Both the position numbers and the translations under genes were made by a program. Below, one piece after another: positions 1-8,673 of a stretch of DNA of 18,246 nt. Origin of the DNA: a bacterium (lineage in GTDB: Bacteria; Acidobacteriota; Blastocatellia; HR10); the NCBI GenBank assembly GCA_041640655.1, contig JBEPZV010000044.1:1-18246 (forward strand). Reading direction: 5' to 3'. Under the pieces are notes generated by a model. The model was not told the origin of the DNA and ran no database searches. It saw only the letters and a list, made by a program, of their open reading frames with translations. Numbering within the stretch: the stretch's first letter is position 1; each line of letters begins with the position of its first letter.

Positions 1-2
1 AG

Positions 3-2591
3 AAGGTCCTCTTTGTGGACGACAAGACAGGGGCGATTGATCTCGCTATGGATCCGACCAATCCGCGCATCCTCTACGCCGCGTTCTGGCAAGTCCTGCG
101 TCAGCCGTGGACGCTCATCAGTGGTGGTCCCGGCAGCGGCCTCTACAAAACGACCGATGGAGGGGACACGTGGACGAAGCTGACGACCGGACTCCCGCAG
201 GGGATCAAGGGGCGCATCGGCGTCGCTGTCTCGCCGGCGCGGCCCGATCGCGTGTGGGCGATCGTGGAGGCTGAGGATGGCGGCGTCTTCCGCTCCGATG
301 ATGGGGGTCGAAGCTGGCGCCTCGTGAATAAAGAGCGAAAGCTGCGTCAGCGGGCCTGGTATTATTCGCACATTTATGCCGATCCGAAGGACCCTGACAC
401 GGTCTACGTTCTCAACGTGCAGTTCTTCAAATCCATTGACGGCGGGCGGACCTTCGACATCACCATTCGCGCGCCGCATGGGGACCATCATGATCTCTGG
501 ATCAATCCGAACAATCCGCAGATCATGATCAACGGCAATGACGGCGGGGCCAATGTCACGTTCAACGGGGGACAGACCTGGTCGCCGCAGAGCAATCAAC
601 CGACGGCGCAGTTCTATCGCGTGGCCGTGGACAACCGCTTCCCCTACTACGTCTATGGTGCGCAACAGGACAACACGACCGTGGCGATCGCCAGCCGCAC
701 GACGGGACCAGGGATTGATCGGCCCGATTGGTATCCGGTCGGCGGCGGCGAGAGCGGATATGTGATCCCACATCCGCAGGATCCGAACATCGTCTATGCG
801 GGCAGCTACGGAGGGCTCATCACTCGGTACGACCATCGCACGCGGCAGGCGCGCAATATCACGGCCTGGCCGCAGACGGCCGTGGGCGAGGCGGCCAAGA
901 ATTTGAGGTATCGCTTCCAGTGGAACGCGCCCATTCTCATCTCGCCCCATGATCCGAAGGTCATTTATCATGCGGCGCAGGTGCTCCTGCGATCCACCGA
1001 TGAGGGGCAGACGTGGCAGGAGATCAGTCCCGATCTCACGCGCAACGATACGAGCAAGCAGGAGTATTCGGGCGGACCGATCACGCGGGACAACACGGGC
1101 GTTGAAGTGTATGGCACCATCTTCGCGCTGGCGGAATCGCCTCGGCAGGCGGGCCTCATCTGGGCGGGCACCGACGACGGACTCGTGTGGGTGACCCGCA
1201 ATGGGGGGAAGAATTGGGAGAATGTGACGCCGCGGGAGCTGCCCGAATGGGGAACGGTCAACGCGATCGAAGCCTCTCCACATGATCCGGCGACGGCCTA
1301 CATCGCCGTGCATCGCTATCGGCTCGACGACTATCGTCCGTACATCTTCAAGACGAACGACTACGGAAAGACGTGGAAGAAGATCGTGCGGGGTCTGCCC
1401 GAGAACGACTTCGTGCGCGTCGTGCGCGAGGATCCCGTGCGGCGCGGTCTGCTCTATGCGGGGACGGAGACGGGCGTCTACGTCTCCTTCGACGATGGCG
1501 AGACCTGGCAATCGTTGCAGTCGAATCTGCCGGTCGTCCCCATTCACGATCTCGTGGTGAAGGATGCGGATCTGGTGGCGGCGACGCATGGGCGCTCGTT
1601 CTGGATCCTGGATGACCTGACGCCGTTGCGCGAGCTGACGGATGCCGTCGCGCGCGCGGACGTTCATCTCTTCACGCCGCGCCCGACCTATCGCCTGGAG
1701 GGGGGCAGCGCCGAGATCCCGGGCCTGGGGAAGAATCCCCCCAACGGCGTGATCGTCTATTATTATCTCGCGCGGAAGCCCGAGGACGAGGTGAAGCTCG
1801 AATTCCTGGATGCGCGGGGGCGCGTCATTCGGACCTTCAGCAGTCGCGCGCGTCCGGCGGAAGCGCCGCCGGAGCCCATGGCGGAATTCTTCGGCCAGGC
1901 GCCTCCACAGGAGCGCGTTCCGGCGGAAGCGGGCATGAACCGGTTCGTCTGGGACTTGCGGTATCCTGATCCCGTGCGCGTGCCCGGAGCGGTCACGTGG
2001 GGGAGCGCGCGGGGACCGAAGGTCGTGCCCGGCACGTATCAGGTGCGCCTCATCGTTGGCGGACAGACGCTCGTGCGCTCCTTCGAGGTGCGGAAGGATC
2101 CGCGCGTGGCGACGACTCAAGAGGACTTTCAGGAGCAGTTCGATCTCCTCCTGCAGATCCGCGACGCCATCAGCGATGTCCATGACGCCGTGAATCGCAT
2201 TCGTGATGTGAAGCGTCAACTGGAGGAGCTGGTCAAGCGCTTGAGCGATCATTCGCAAGGGAGGGCGCTCGTGGATTCGGCCCGCGCGCTCCAGCAGCGA
2301 CTCACGCGTCTGGAGGAAGAGCTGATTCAGACGCGGAACGAAGCGCCGCAGGATCCGCTCAATTTCCCGCCCAAACTCAACAATCAATTGATCACGCTCT
2401 ACGGAGTGGTGGCGAGCGCCGATGCGCGTCCGACCGCGGCCGCTCGCGCCCGCTGGGAGGAGCTGCGGGCTCAGGTCGCTCGGCACCTCGGCGATCTGCA
2501 GCAGGTGTTGGAGCGGGATCTCGCCGAGTTGAACCGGCGGATGCGGGAGGCGGGCATTTCGCCGCTGTTCGTCACAGCTCCGCGCCGCTGA
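3..2591 (+). CDS. Asp-box/BNR-repeat (VPS10/sortilin-like) beta-propeller protein, putative glycosyl hydrolase; 5' end lies outside the window
   Basis: Frame is open from position 3 (KVLFVDDK...), so the GTG at 15 is not the true start. Eight Asp-box motifs (KTTDGGDTW, RSDDGGRSW, KSIDGGRTF, VTFNGGQTW, RSTDEGQTW, VTRNGGKNW, KTNDYGKTW, VSFDDGETW), HGDHHDLWI and ATHGRSFWILDD motifs, a beta-rich segment (GMNRFVWDL, PGTYQVRL) and a helical coiled-coil-like C-terminus. Confidence 0.85.
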   Translation, partial: KVLFVDDKTGAIDLAMDPTNPRILYAAFWQVLRQPWTLISGGPGSGLYKTTDGGDTWTKLTTGLPQGIKGRIGVAVSPARPDRVWAIVEAEDGGVFRSDDGGRSWRLVNKERKLRQRAWYYSHIYADPKDPDTVYVLNVQFFKSIDGGRTFDITIRAPHGDHHDLWINPNNPQIMINGNDGGANVTFNGGQTWSPQSNQPTAQFYRVAVDNRFPYYVYGAQQDNTTVAIASRTTGPGIDRPDWYPVGGGESGYVIPHPQDPNIVYAGSYGGLITRYDHRTRQARNITAWPQTAVGEAAKNLRYRFQWNAPILISPHDPKVIYHAAQVLLRSTDEGQTWQEISPDLTRNDTSKQEYSGGPITRDNTGVEVYGTIFALAESPRQAGLIWAGTDDGLVWVTRNGGKNWENVTPRELPEWGTVNAIEASPHDPATAYIAVHRYRLDDYRPYIFKTNDYGKTWKKIVRGLPENDFVRVVREDPVRRGLLYAGTETGVYVSFDDGETWQSLQSNLPVVPIHDLVVKDADLVAATHGRSFWILDDLTPLRELTDAVARADVHLFTPRPTYRLEGGSAEIPGLGKNPPNGVIVYYYLARKPEDEVKLEFLDARGRVIRTFSSRARPAEAPPEPMAEFFGQAPPQERVPAEAGMNRFVWDLRYPDPVRVPGAVTWGSARGPKVVPGTYQVRLIVGGQTLVRSFEVRKDPRVATTQEDFQEQFDLLLQIRDAISDVHDAVNRIRDVKRQLEELVKRLSDHSQGRALVDSARALQQRLTRLEEELIQTRNEAPQDPLNFPPKLNNQLITLYGVVASADARPTAAARARWEELRAQVARHLGDLQQVLERDLAELNRRMREAGISPLFVTAPRR

Positions 2592-2617
2592 TTCGCGCGC
2601 AACCTGACGCCGCTCCT

Positions 2618-2658
2618 GAGGCATCTCCCGCGGGGATCGCGCGGGAGATGCCTCTTAT
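2618..2658 (+). terminator. Strong hairpin after the BNR gene, probable terminator or mRNA-stabilising stem-loop
   Basis: Perfect 15-bp inverted repeat GAGGCATCTCCCGCG (2618-2632) / CGCGGGAGATGCCTC (2640-2654) with a 7-nt loop, followed by only TTAT; starts 27 nt after the stop codon. Confidence 0.65.
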
Positions 2659-2677
2659 GGGGGTCGAGAGACCTCGG

Positions 2678-2706
2678 TTGCCTTTCCCCACCATCTGTGG
2701 TAGCTT
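2678..2706 (+). promoter_or_regulatory. Putative sigma70 promoter for surE-pcm-YqaA
   Basis: TTGCCT (2678-2683), 17-nt spacer, TAGCTT (2701-2706), with an extended -10 TG; 35 nt upstream of the surE ATG. Confidence 0.55.
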
Positions 2707-2741
2707 TGCCTGTTCAATGCGCGTGAGGACCGTGATGCGTT

Positions 2742-3515
2742 ATGCCGAGGATTCTCATCACGAACGATGACGGGATTCATGCGGAGGGGATTCGGAAGCT
2801 GGAAGAGAAGCTGCGCGCGGTGGGCGAGGTCATCGTCGTCGCTCCTTCACATGAGATGAGCGCGGCGTCGCATGCGCTGACGCTCGCTCGTCCGCTGCGC
2901 ATTGATCGCATTGACGATCATCATTTCGCCGTGGACGGGACGCCGACCGATTGCGTGACGCTCGCCATGTGCGAGATCCTGCGCGAGGCTCCGCCGGACA
3001 TCATCGTCTCCGGGATCAATCACGGGGGGAATCTCGGCGATGACGTGCTCTATTCGGGAACGGTCGCCGGCGCTTTGGAGGCGCTCGTCTACGGGCTGCC
3101 TGGGGTGGCCATCTCGCAGGTGGGGCGCGGGGAGGTGGATTTCGAACCGGCGGCACATTTCGCCGCGATCCTGGTGCGCCGGATCTTGGCCGAGGGGTTG
3201 CCGGATCGCACGGTCTTGAACGTGAACGTCCCGCGTGGGCCGATTCGCGGCGTGCGCTTCACGCATCAGGGCACGCGCGTCGCCCGCATTCGCATTCATC
3301 ACGGGGTGGACCCGCGCGGCCGCCGCTACTACTGGATCGGCGAGGAGCACGCCGAGTGGACTCATGAGGAGATGAGCGACTACGAAGCCATCCGGGAGGG
3401 ATACATCTCGATCACCCCGCTGCACAATAATCTCACCAATTTTCGCGCCCTGGAAGCGCTGCACGCTTGGGCCGCGCTCACCGATGAGTTCGCTCTCCCC
3501 GAATCGAAACGGTGA
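2742..3515 (+). CDS. surE: 5'/3'-nucleotidase SurE
   Basis: RILITNDDGIHAEG, VVAP, DGTPTDCV, SGINHGGNLGDDVLYSGTV, LNVNVP, DPRGRRYYW and GYISITPL motifs; adjacent to pcm. Confidence 0.97.
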   Translation: MPRILITNDDGIHAEGIRKLEEKLRAVGEVIVVAPSHEMSAASHALTLARPLRIDRIDDHHFAVDGTPTDCVTLAMCEILREAPPDIIVSGINHGGNLGDDVLYSGTVAGALEALVYGLPGVAISQVGRGEVDFEPAAHFAAILVRRILAEGLPDRTVLNVNVPRGPIRGVRFTHQGTRVARIRIHHGVDPRGRRYYWIGEEHAEWTHEEMSDYEAIREGYISITPLHNNLTNFRALEALHAWAALTDEFALPESKR

Positions 3516-4152
3516 TCCCTACGCGCGCGCGCGCCACCGCATGGTCGAGCGATTGCGCGAGCGGGGGATTCGCGACCCGCGCGTCCTGGAGGCGATGGAG
3601 CGCGTCCCTCGCCATCTCTTCGTCGAGGAAGCCCTCTGGGCGCGCGCGTATGAGGATCACCCTTTGCCGATCGGCTATGGGCAGACGATCTCGCAGCCCT
3701 ATATGGTGGCACGGATGACCGAGCTGTTGGAGGTCAAGCCGGGCGATCGCATCCTGGAGGTGGGCGCGGGCTCGGGCTATCAGACGGCGATCCTCGCCAC
3801 CTTGGGGGCGCGCGTCTACGCCGTCGAACGCATCCCGGAGCTGGCCGCGCGCGCGCAAGCGACGCTCGAAGCGTTAGGGATCACCCAGGTCCTGATTCGC
3901 GCTTTCGATGGGACGCTCGGATGGCCGGAGATGGCCCCGTTTGACGCCATCTTGGTCGCTGCCTCAAGCCCCACGGTCCCACCGCCGTATTTGGAGCAGC
4001 TCGTCGTCGGAGGACGTTTGGTGATGCCCATTGGCGACGAGACGTATCAGCAACTCATGCGCTTGATCAAGGGGGAGCGCGAGCACACGGTCGAGTGGCA
4101 CGGTGGCTGCGTGTTTGTCAAACTCATCGGGCAATACGGATGGAAGGAATGA
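3484..4152 (+). CDS. pcm: Protein-L-isoaspartate(D-aspartate) O-methyltransferase
   Basis: VPRHLFV, AYEDHPLPIGYGQTISQPYMVA, SAM-binding LEVGAGSGYQTA, APFDAI, GGRLVMPIG, FVKLIG; overlaps the surE 3' end by 32 nt. Confidence 0.97.
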   Translation: MSSLSPNRNGDPYARARHRMVERLRERGIRDPRVLEAMERVPRHLFVEEALWARAYEDHPLPIGYGQTISQPYMVARMTELLEVKPGDRILEVGAGSGYQTAILATLGARVYAVERIPELAARAQATLEALGITQVLIRAFDGTLGWPEMAPFDAILVAASSPTVPPPYLEQLVVGGRLVMPIGDETYQQLMRLIKGEREHTVEWHGGCVFVKLIGQYGWKE

Positions 4153-4865
4153 GGGACGCGGACGAGAGGATCGTCGCCGAAGAGCGCGCCGAATCTGAGG
4201 GGGCAACGCCGCCAATTGCTCCCGTGCCCCTGGTGCGACGCGCGTCTCTGAGCGGTCGCTCTCTTGTGCGGGGCCTTCGTGCGAGCCTGCATCGGCTCTA
4301 TGCCTGGACGCTCCATTGGGCGGAGACGCCGCAAGCCGTGCTCGCCCTCTTCGCGATCGCCTTCGCCGAGTCTTCGTTCTTCCCCATCCCTCCGGATGCG
4401 CTCTTGATCGCGATGGTCGTCGCGACCCCTCGGCGCTTCGCGCGCTATGCGGCCGTGTGCACGCTGGGCTCGGTGCTCGGCGGGATGTTCGGATACCTCA
4501 TCGGGTATGCCTTCATGGAGACGCTCGGATGGCGCATCATTGATTTCTATGGCGCGCGCGCGCTCTGGGGCGAGTTTCAGGCGAAGTATCAGGACTATGG
4601 GCTCCTGTTCCTCGCCATCGCGGCCTTCACGCCGATCCCTTACAAGGTCGCGACTATCGCCTCGGGCGCGACGCAGATTGATGTCCTGGCCTTCGCGCTC
4701 GTCTCTGCGCTGGGGCGAGGAGCGCGATTCTTTCTGGTCGCGGGGCTGCTGCGCCTGTTCGGAGAACCGATTCGCGCGTTCATCGAGCGCTACTTCGATG
4801 TGCTCTCACTTTTGTTTGTGCTCTTGCTCATCGGAGGATTCCTCACCCTGGGCGTCTTGCGATGA
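4149..4865 (+). CDS. YqaA/DedA (VTT domain) membrane protein
   Basis: AFAESSFFPIPPD, TLGSVLGGMFGYLIG, AAFTPIPYKV and GRGARFFL motifs. Start placed at ATG 4149, which overlaps the pcm stop (ATGA), not at 4095. Confidence 0.9.
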   Translation: MRDADERIVAEERAESEGATPPIAPVPLVRRASLSGRSLVRGLRASLHRLYAWTLHWAETPQAVLALFAIAFAESSFFPIPPDALLIAMVVATPRRFARYAAVCTLGSVLGGMFGYLIGYAFMETLGWRIIDFYGARALWGEFQAKYQDYGLLFLAIAAFTPIPYKVATIASGATQIDVLAFALVSALGRGARFFLVAGLLRLFGEPIRAFIERYFDVLSLLFVLLLIGGFLTLGVLR

Positions 4866-4894
4866 GCGTGGTGGGCGCTCTCAGTGCGCATCCT

Positions 4895-5380
4895 TCACAG
4901 GCGGGGTGCTCTCCCGGACATCGGTTCGAGCGCTTTCCCCATGCGGAAAGCGTCCATCTCGCCCAGGTAATATCCCTGAATCCGCTCCAGCACCCGATAT
5001 CCGTGCTTCTCGTAGAAGCGAATCGCGCGGCGGTTATCCACGGCCGTTTCGAGGAAGATGAAATGCGCGCCCGCCTGGCGCAGTCGCCGCTCCGCCTCTC
5101 GCAGCAGGAGGCTGCCGATGCCTCGCCCCTGCCAGTCGGGGTGCACATCTATGGTCACGAGGTGTCCGATGCGAGCACCCCGGCGTCCGGCCTCCAGGCG
5201 CGCGATGAGGAAGCCGATGATCCGGTGCTCGGGCTCCTCGACGACGAGCGTGAACGTTCGAGGATCGGCGATGTAGAGACGCATCTCCTCGGCGGTGTAC
5301 GCGATGCCAGGGGGGAAACACAGCCGATCAATTTCACAGAGGTGCGCGAAGTCCTCCGGTCGGTAGTCGCGAAGGATCAT
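4895..5380 (-). CDS. GNAT-family N-acetyltransferase, RimI-like
   Basis: Acetyl-CoA motif A (TIDVHPDWQGRGIGSLLL), LETAVDNRRAIRFYEKHGY and GYY...DAFRMGK; ATGA overlap with the upstream nucleotidyltransferase. Confidence 0.9.
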   Translation of the reverse strand: MILRDYRPEDFAHLCEIDRLCFPPGIAYTAEEMRLYIADPRTFTLVVEEPEHRIIGFLIARLEAGRRGARIGHLVTIDVHPDWQGRGIGSLLLREAERRLRQAGAHFIFLETAVDNRRAIRFYEKHGYRVLERIQGYYLGEMDAFRMGKALEPMSGRAPRL

Positions 5381-6126
5381 CGGTAGAGGCCGGTCGCCCG
5401 GATGTATGCCTCAACTGCTTCGGGGACGAGCGAGGCGATGGGGTCCCCCCTTCGGATTCGCCCTCGGACTTCCGAGGCCGAGATGAACCGCACTTCTTCA
5501 GAGAGTTCCATGCAGGCGATGCGTGAGCTGTATGGCGCTACATCTTCCTCCAAGAGCCGCTCAAGCGCCGCGCAGGTGAAGGAGCCTCGAGCGGCGACAA
5601 TCACACGGCTCGCCGAGAAGAGGTCTTCGAGCACAGCCGCGCGATCTCGATACGACTTGTAGTAGCGTCCGAGGTAGCGTCCCTGGCGATCGAGAAGACG
5701 CTCGAAGGTGTCCGAGCCGACGAGGAAGAAGATCTCCGACGTCGCATATTCCCGTCGCAGCGGCAGGATCATATCCACGAAGAAGGGATGGCTGACCACG
5801 CCAATGGCGATCGCGGGATCTGTCTCGAAGGCCACCAGAAGCATCGCCACGCGGTCTTCGAGCGCCGCCTCGTACACGCGCTTATCGGCGTTGGTGAGGC
5901 CGGGCAGAAGCGCGATCTCCTCCAGGTCGTACTGCTCGCGCGCGCGCCGGATGATCTCGACATGAGCCCGCGTCGGGGGGTTGAACGAGGCGGGGAAGAC
6001 GCCGAGCCGAGCGGGCGATCCCCCAGTTCGGCGAACCCACGCGATCGTGGGGGCATCAGCACGCGCGAGGGTCGCGATGGCTTCACGCGCGCGTGTTCGC
6101 CAGTGTTCGACCTCGGGCATCACCAT
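5377..6126 (-). CDS. Nicotinate/nicotinamide-nucleotide adenylyltransferase-like (HxGH nucleotidyltransferase fold), Pof1-like variant
   Basis: GVFPASFNPPTRAH (T/HxxH motif), FLVGSDT, ISASEVR (ISST-like motif) and C-terminal LVPEAVEAYIRATGLY typical of NadD/NMNAT. Confidence 0.8.
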   Translation of the reverse strand: MVMPEVEHWRTRAREAIATLARADAPTIAWVRRTGGSPARLGVFPASFNPPTRAHVEIIRRAREQYDLEEIALLPGLTNADKRVYEAALEDRVAMLLVAFETDPAIAIGVVSHPFFVDMILPLRREYATSEIFFLVGSDTFERLLDRQGRYLGRYYKSYRDRAAVLEDLFSASRVIVAARGSFTCAALERLLEEDVAPYSSRIACMELSEEVRFISASEVRGRIRRGDPIASLVPEAVEAYIRATGLYR

Positions 6127-6148
6127 GCGTCACCGTCCCGAAGGGGGG

Positions 6149-6157
6149 AGTATACCA
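6149..6157 (-). promoter_or_regulatory. Putative extended -10 promoter for the NadD-like/GNAT pair
   Basis: Minus-strand TGGTATACT about 22 nt upstream of the ATG; no clear -35; overlaps inverted repeat GGGGAGT (6145-6151) / ACTCCCC (6162-6168). Confidence 0.4.
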
Positions 6158-6229
6158 CCCGACTCCCCGAAAGCGCGCTCCCCATGGCAGGGCCCTACGC
6201 TCTCCAGATCAGCCGGAGCGCTCGCGGGA

Positions 6230-6715
6230 TCAGGAGCGGGCGGACTTGCGAGGACTCTTCGTCTTCCGTCGCACCAGACGCTTGAGTTCGGCCATGAATT
6301 CGGAGACGTCTTGAAATTCCAAGTAGACGGAGGCGAAGCGCACGTAGGCGACTTTGTCCAGCTCTTTGAGCCGCCGCATGATCAGCTCGCCGATCTTCTG
6401 CGTCGGGCGCTCTCGATCCGGAGAGGTGCGGACGTAGGATTCGACCGCGTCTACAATGGCTTCGATCTTGGCCATCGGGATGGGCCGCTTCTCGCACGCC
6501 TTCAGGATCCCCGCGAGGACTTTTTGGCGATCGAAGGGCTCCCGCCGCCCATCCTTCTTAATGACCATGTAGGGGATCTCGTCAATGCGCTCATAGCTGG
6601 TGAAGCGGCGACCGCATTTGAGGCACTCGCGACGGCGTCGGATCGAGTCGCCCTCGCGCGATTCTCGCGAGTCCACCACGCGATCTTCCAGGTGTCCGCA
6701 AAATGGGCACTTCAT
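6230..6715 (-). CDS. nrdR: Transcriptional repressor NrdR
   Basis: MKCPFCG...VVDSR...[18 protein letters not shown] zinc ribbon, ATP-cone ([15 protein letters not shown]) and [13 protein letters not shown]. Confidence 0.98.
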   Translation of the reverse strand: MKCPFCGHLEDRVVDSRESREGDSIRRRRECLKCGRRFTSYERIDEIPYMVIKKDGRREPFDRQKVLAGILKACEKRPIPMAKIEAIVDAVESYVRTSPDRERPTQKIGELIMRRLKELDKVAYVRFASVYLEFQDVSEFMAELKRLVRRKTKSPRKSARS

Positions 6716-6725
6716 ATGTGACAGC

Positions 6726-7796
6726 TCACCTTCGGCCGGTATGGGCCGCCACTCCCCCTTCGACTTCCCCTGAGGTCGGCTCAGCGAGCGCCGTCTCCGC
6801 CATCATCAGCTCTCGGAGCGTCGCCCAGGAGAGCCCTTCGCGCCGGAAAAAGCACGGGCTCACCAGTATGGCCGGCCCAAAGCTCACCAGGTGCATGATC
6901 AGCGCCATGCTCGCCGCCTTGTTCTTCTCGATGCCGAGCCCCATGAGCCCCAGCATCGTCATCGTGTGGAACGCTCCGGCGGACCCCCCGGGCGTCGGCA
7001 CCAGAGAGCCCACCATTGCGAAGCCGATGACAAATATGACGGAAGCAGTCGTCAAGCGCAAGCCGAAGGCGAAGGCGACCAGCCAGAAGCTCAGGACCAC
7101 AAGCCCCCAGGTCAGGATCGTATAGACCACGATGCGGGCGAGCGCTCGAGTGTTGCGCAGGGCCGAGAGCCCCTCGGCCAGATGGCGGAGGAGATTGAGG
7201 ATGGGCTGACGGAGCTTCCTCGGCAGTCCGAGCGAGCGCTGCTCCAGGACGTCCAAGATCCTGTCAGCCCGAGAGCAAAGGGCCGACAGTCCCACAAGGC
7301 CCAGGATTGAAAGCGCCAGGGCCGCTCCTCCAAGGCGTGCGAACGCGGCCGGTGGCCGGTGGAGATCATCCGAGCCGGGGACAAAAGGGAGACTGAGCGC
7401 GAAGGCCAGTGCTACAGCGAGCATATCGCAAATGCGCTCGAGGAGGATCGTGGCGATGGTGGCACTTGGGCGGATCCGCTCGCGAAGGCTGAGGACCAGA
7501 GGACGGGTCGCCTCTCCCATGCGCCCGAACACGAAGATCGTCGAGAAGCCGATCACCGTCGCGGCTAGTGTGTTTCCGAGCGTGGGCGAACCTATGGGCG
7601 CCAAGAGGGCGCGCCAGCGAAGGGATCGTGTCAGATAGGTCAGCAGAATCGGGAGCACGGCCAGAAGGACGACGGGCACGTTCACGCGCCGAAGGCTCTC
7701 GCGGATCAGCGACCAATCCAGCCGATACCAGAAAGCGCCCAAGAGCGCGACGGCCACGGCCGTCCACAGCAGGAATGTGCGCCATCGTCCTCGCAT
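6726..7796 (-). CDS. UPF0104 / lysylphosphatidylglycerol synthase TM-domain (flippase-like) membrane protein
   Basis: Many hydrophobic helices; [26 protein letters not shown] and [12 protein letters not shown] motifs characteristic of the family. Confidence 0.85.
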   Translation of the reverse strand: MRGRWRTFLLWTAVAVALLGAFWYRLDWSLIRESLRRVNVPVVLLAVLPILLTYLTRSLRWRALLAPIGSPTLGNTLAATVIGFSTIFVFGRMGEATRPLVLSLRERIRPSATIATILLERICDMLAVALAFALSLPFVPGSDDLHRPPAAFARLGGAALALSILGLVGLSALCSRADRILDVLEQRSLGLPRKLRQPILNLLRHLAEGLSALRNTRALARIVVYTILTWGLVVLSFWLVAFAFGLRLTTASVIFVIGFAMVGSLVPTPGGSAGAFHTMTMLGLMGLGIEKNKAASMALIMHLVSFGPAILVSPCFFRREGLSWATLRELMMAETALAEPTSGEVEGGVAAHTGRR

Positions 7797-7812
7797 GGTT
7801 CGACCGGCGCTA

Positions 7813-7842
7813 AGGCTATCCGAATCTTCGCAGGGCGGTCAA
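7813..7842 (-). promoter_or_regulatory. Putative sigma70 promoter for the UPF0104-nrdR unit
   Basis: Minus-strand TTGACC (7842-7837), 18-nt spacer, TAGCCT (7818-7813); would give a very short leader before the ATG at 7796. Confidence 0.45.
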
Positions 7843-7880
7843 GCGCGGTCGTCTCCATGTCCGCTCCCATGATCCACTCA

Positions 7881-7909
7881 TTGACAGGGGGGCAGGAAAG
7901 CCGTAAGAT
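7881..7909 (+). promoter_or_regulatory. Sigma70 promoter for the IHF/HU-like and MerR genes
   Basis: Consensus TTGACA (7881-7886), 17-nt spacer, TAAGAT (7904-7909); SD-like GAGGGG precedes ATG 7935. Confidence 0.75.
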
Positions 7910-7934
7910 AATGCCGGTGCGAGGGGAAGCGGCG

Positions 7935-8192
7935 ATGACGAAAGCGGACATCGCGCGGGCGATTTACGAACGGCATGGGGGACTTTCGACGCGAGAAGCG
8001 ACGGCGCTTGTGGATTTGATCCTGGAGATCATCAAAAGCCGACTGGCCCAGGGACATAAGGTCTGCCTTGGACGCGTGGGCGTGATGGAGGTCGTCGAGC
8101 GCACGTCGCGCCGGGGGCGTCCTCCGTCCGGGGGGAAGAAGCCCACCACGCGCGTTTTGATCTTCCGACCGGCCCGGGCACTGCGGGCTTGA
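7935..8192 (+). CDS. HU/IHF-family DNA-binding protein, IHF-alpha-like but divergent
   Basis: MTKADIA start, helix pair, R..RRGRPP arm and RVLIFRP; sits in the usual ihfA slot before merR and tRNA-Pro. Start set at 7935 from the SD and promoter position, not 7857. Confidence 0.85.
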   Translation: MTKADIARAIYERHGGLSTREATALVDLILEIIKSRLAQGHKVCLGRVGVMEVVERTSRRGRPPSGGKKPTTRVLIFRPARALRA

Positions 8193-8247
8193 GTCCGAAG
8201 CTCGGAAGGGCCTTGAGCGACAGGTATGAGCCAGTAGGGGGGACGAT

Positions 8248-8673
8248 ATGCAGCCTGTGAAGGCCATTCCGGATAAGCTCTATTTCAAGATCGGCGAAGT
8301 CTGTGAGATCACGGGTGTTCAACCCCATGTCCTGCGCTATTGGGAGACCGAATTCCCGCAATTGGCGCCGGAGAAGAATCGCGCCGGACAGCGCGTGTAC
8401 AAGCGGCGGGACATCGAGCTGATCTTGAAGATCAAGAAGCTCCTCTACGAGGATAAGTTCACGATCGCCGGCGCGCGCAAGCGCTTGGCTGCCGAATCGC
8501 GGTTCAAGCTCCTCTCCTCGGAAGCGTCACCCGATGTGACCGAGAGCGCGAGTGAAGGGCCGACGCCGCCGGTCTCTCCCCGCGTTTATCAAGTCCTCCG
8601 TGAAGTCAAGCGCGGGTTGGAAGAGCTATTGGCAATGCTGAACCAAAGTGATATAATCGCTTCGTCAAAGTGA
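8248..8673 (+). CDS. MerR-family HTH regulator of the ihfA-associated type
   Basis: [12 protein letters not shown]...[13 protein letters not shown]...GQRVY...[16 protein letters not shown]; no C-terminal metal-binding cysteines; low-complexity linker then an amphipathic C-terminal helix. Confidence 0.93.
   Translation: MQPVKAIPDKLYFKIGEVCEITGVQPHVLRYWETEFPQLAPEKNRAGQRVYKRRDIELILKIKKLLYEDKFTIAGARKRLAAESRFKLLSSEASPDVTESASEGPTPPVSPRVYQVLREVKRGLEELLAMLNQSDIIASSK
8629..8657 (+). promoter_or_regulatory. Sigma70 promoter for tRNA-Pro, inside the merR 3' end
   Basis: TTGGCA (8629-8634), 17-nt spacer, TATAAT (8652-8657) with extended TG (8649-8650). Confidence 0.75.

Noticed and set aside
3521..3535. 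Alternating CG runs here and at several other sites (potential Z-DNA or microsatellite)
   Set aside because: Explained by Ala-Arg codons (GCG CGC) in GC-rich coding sequence.
6716..6725. Searched for NrdR boxes near nrdR and PurR-type boxes near purF
   Set aside because: No convincing match to either consensus was seen.
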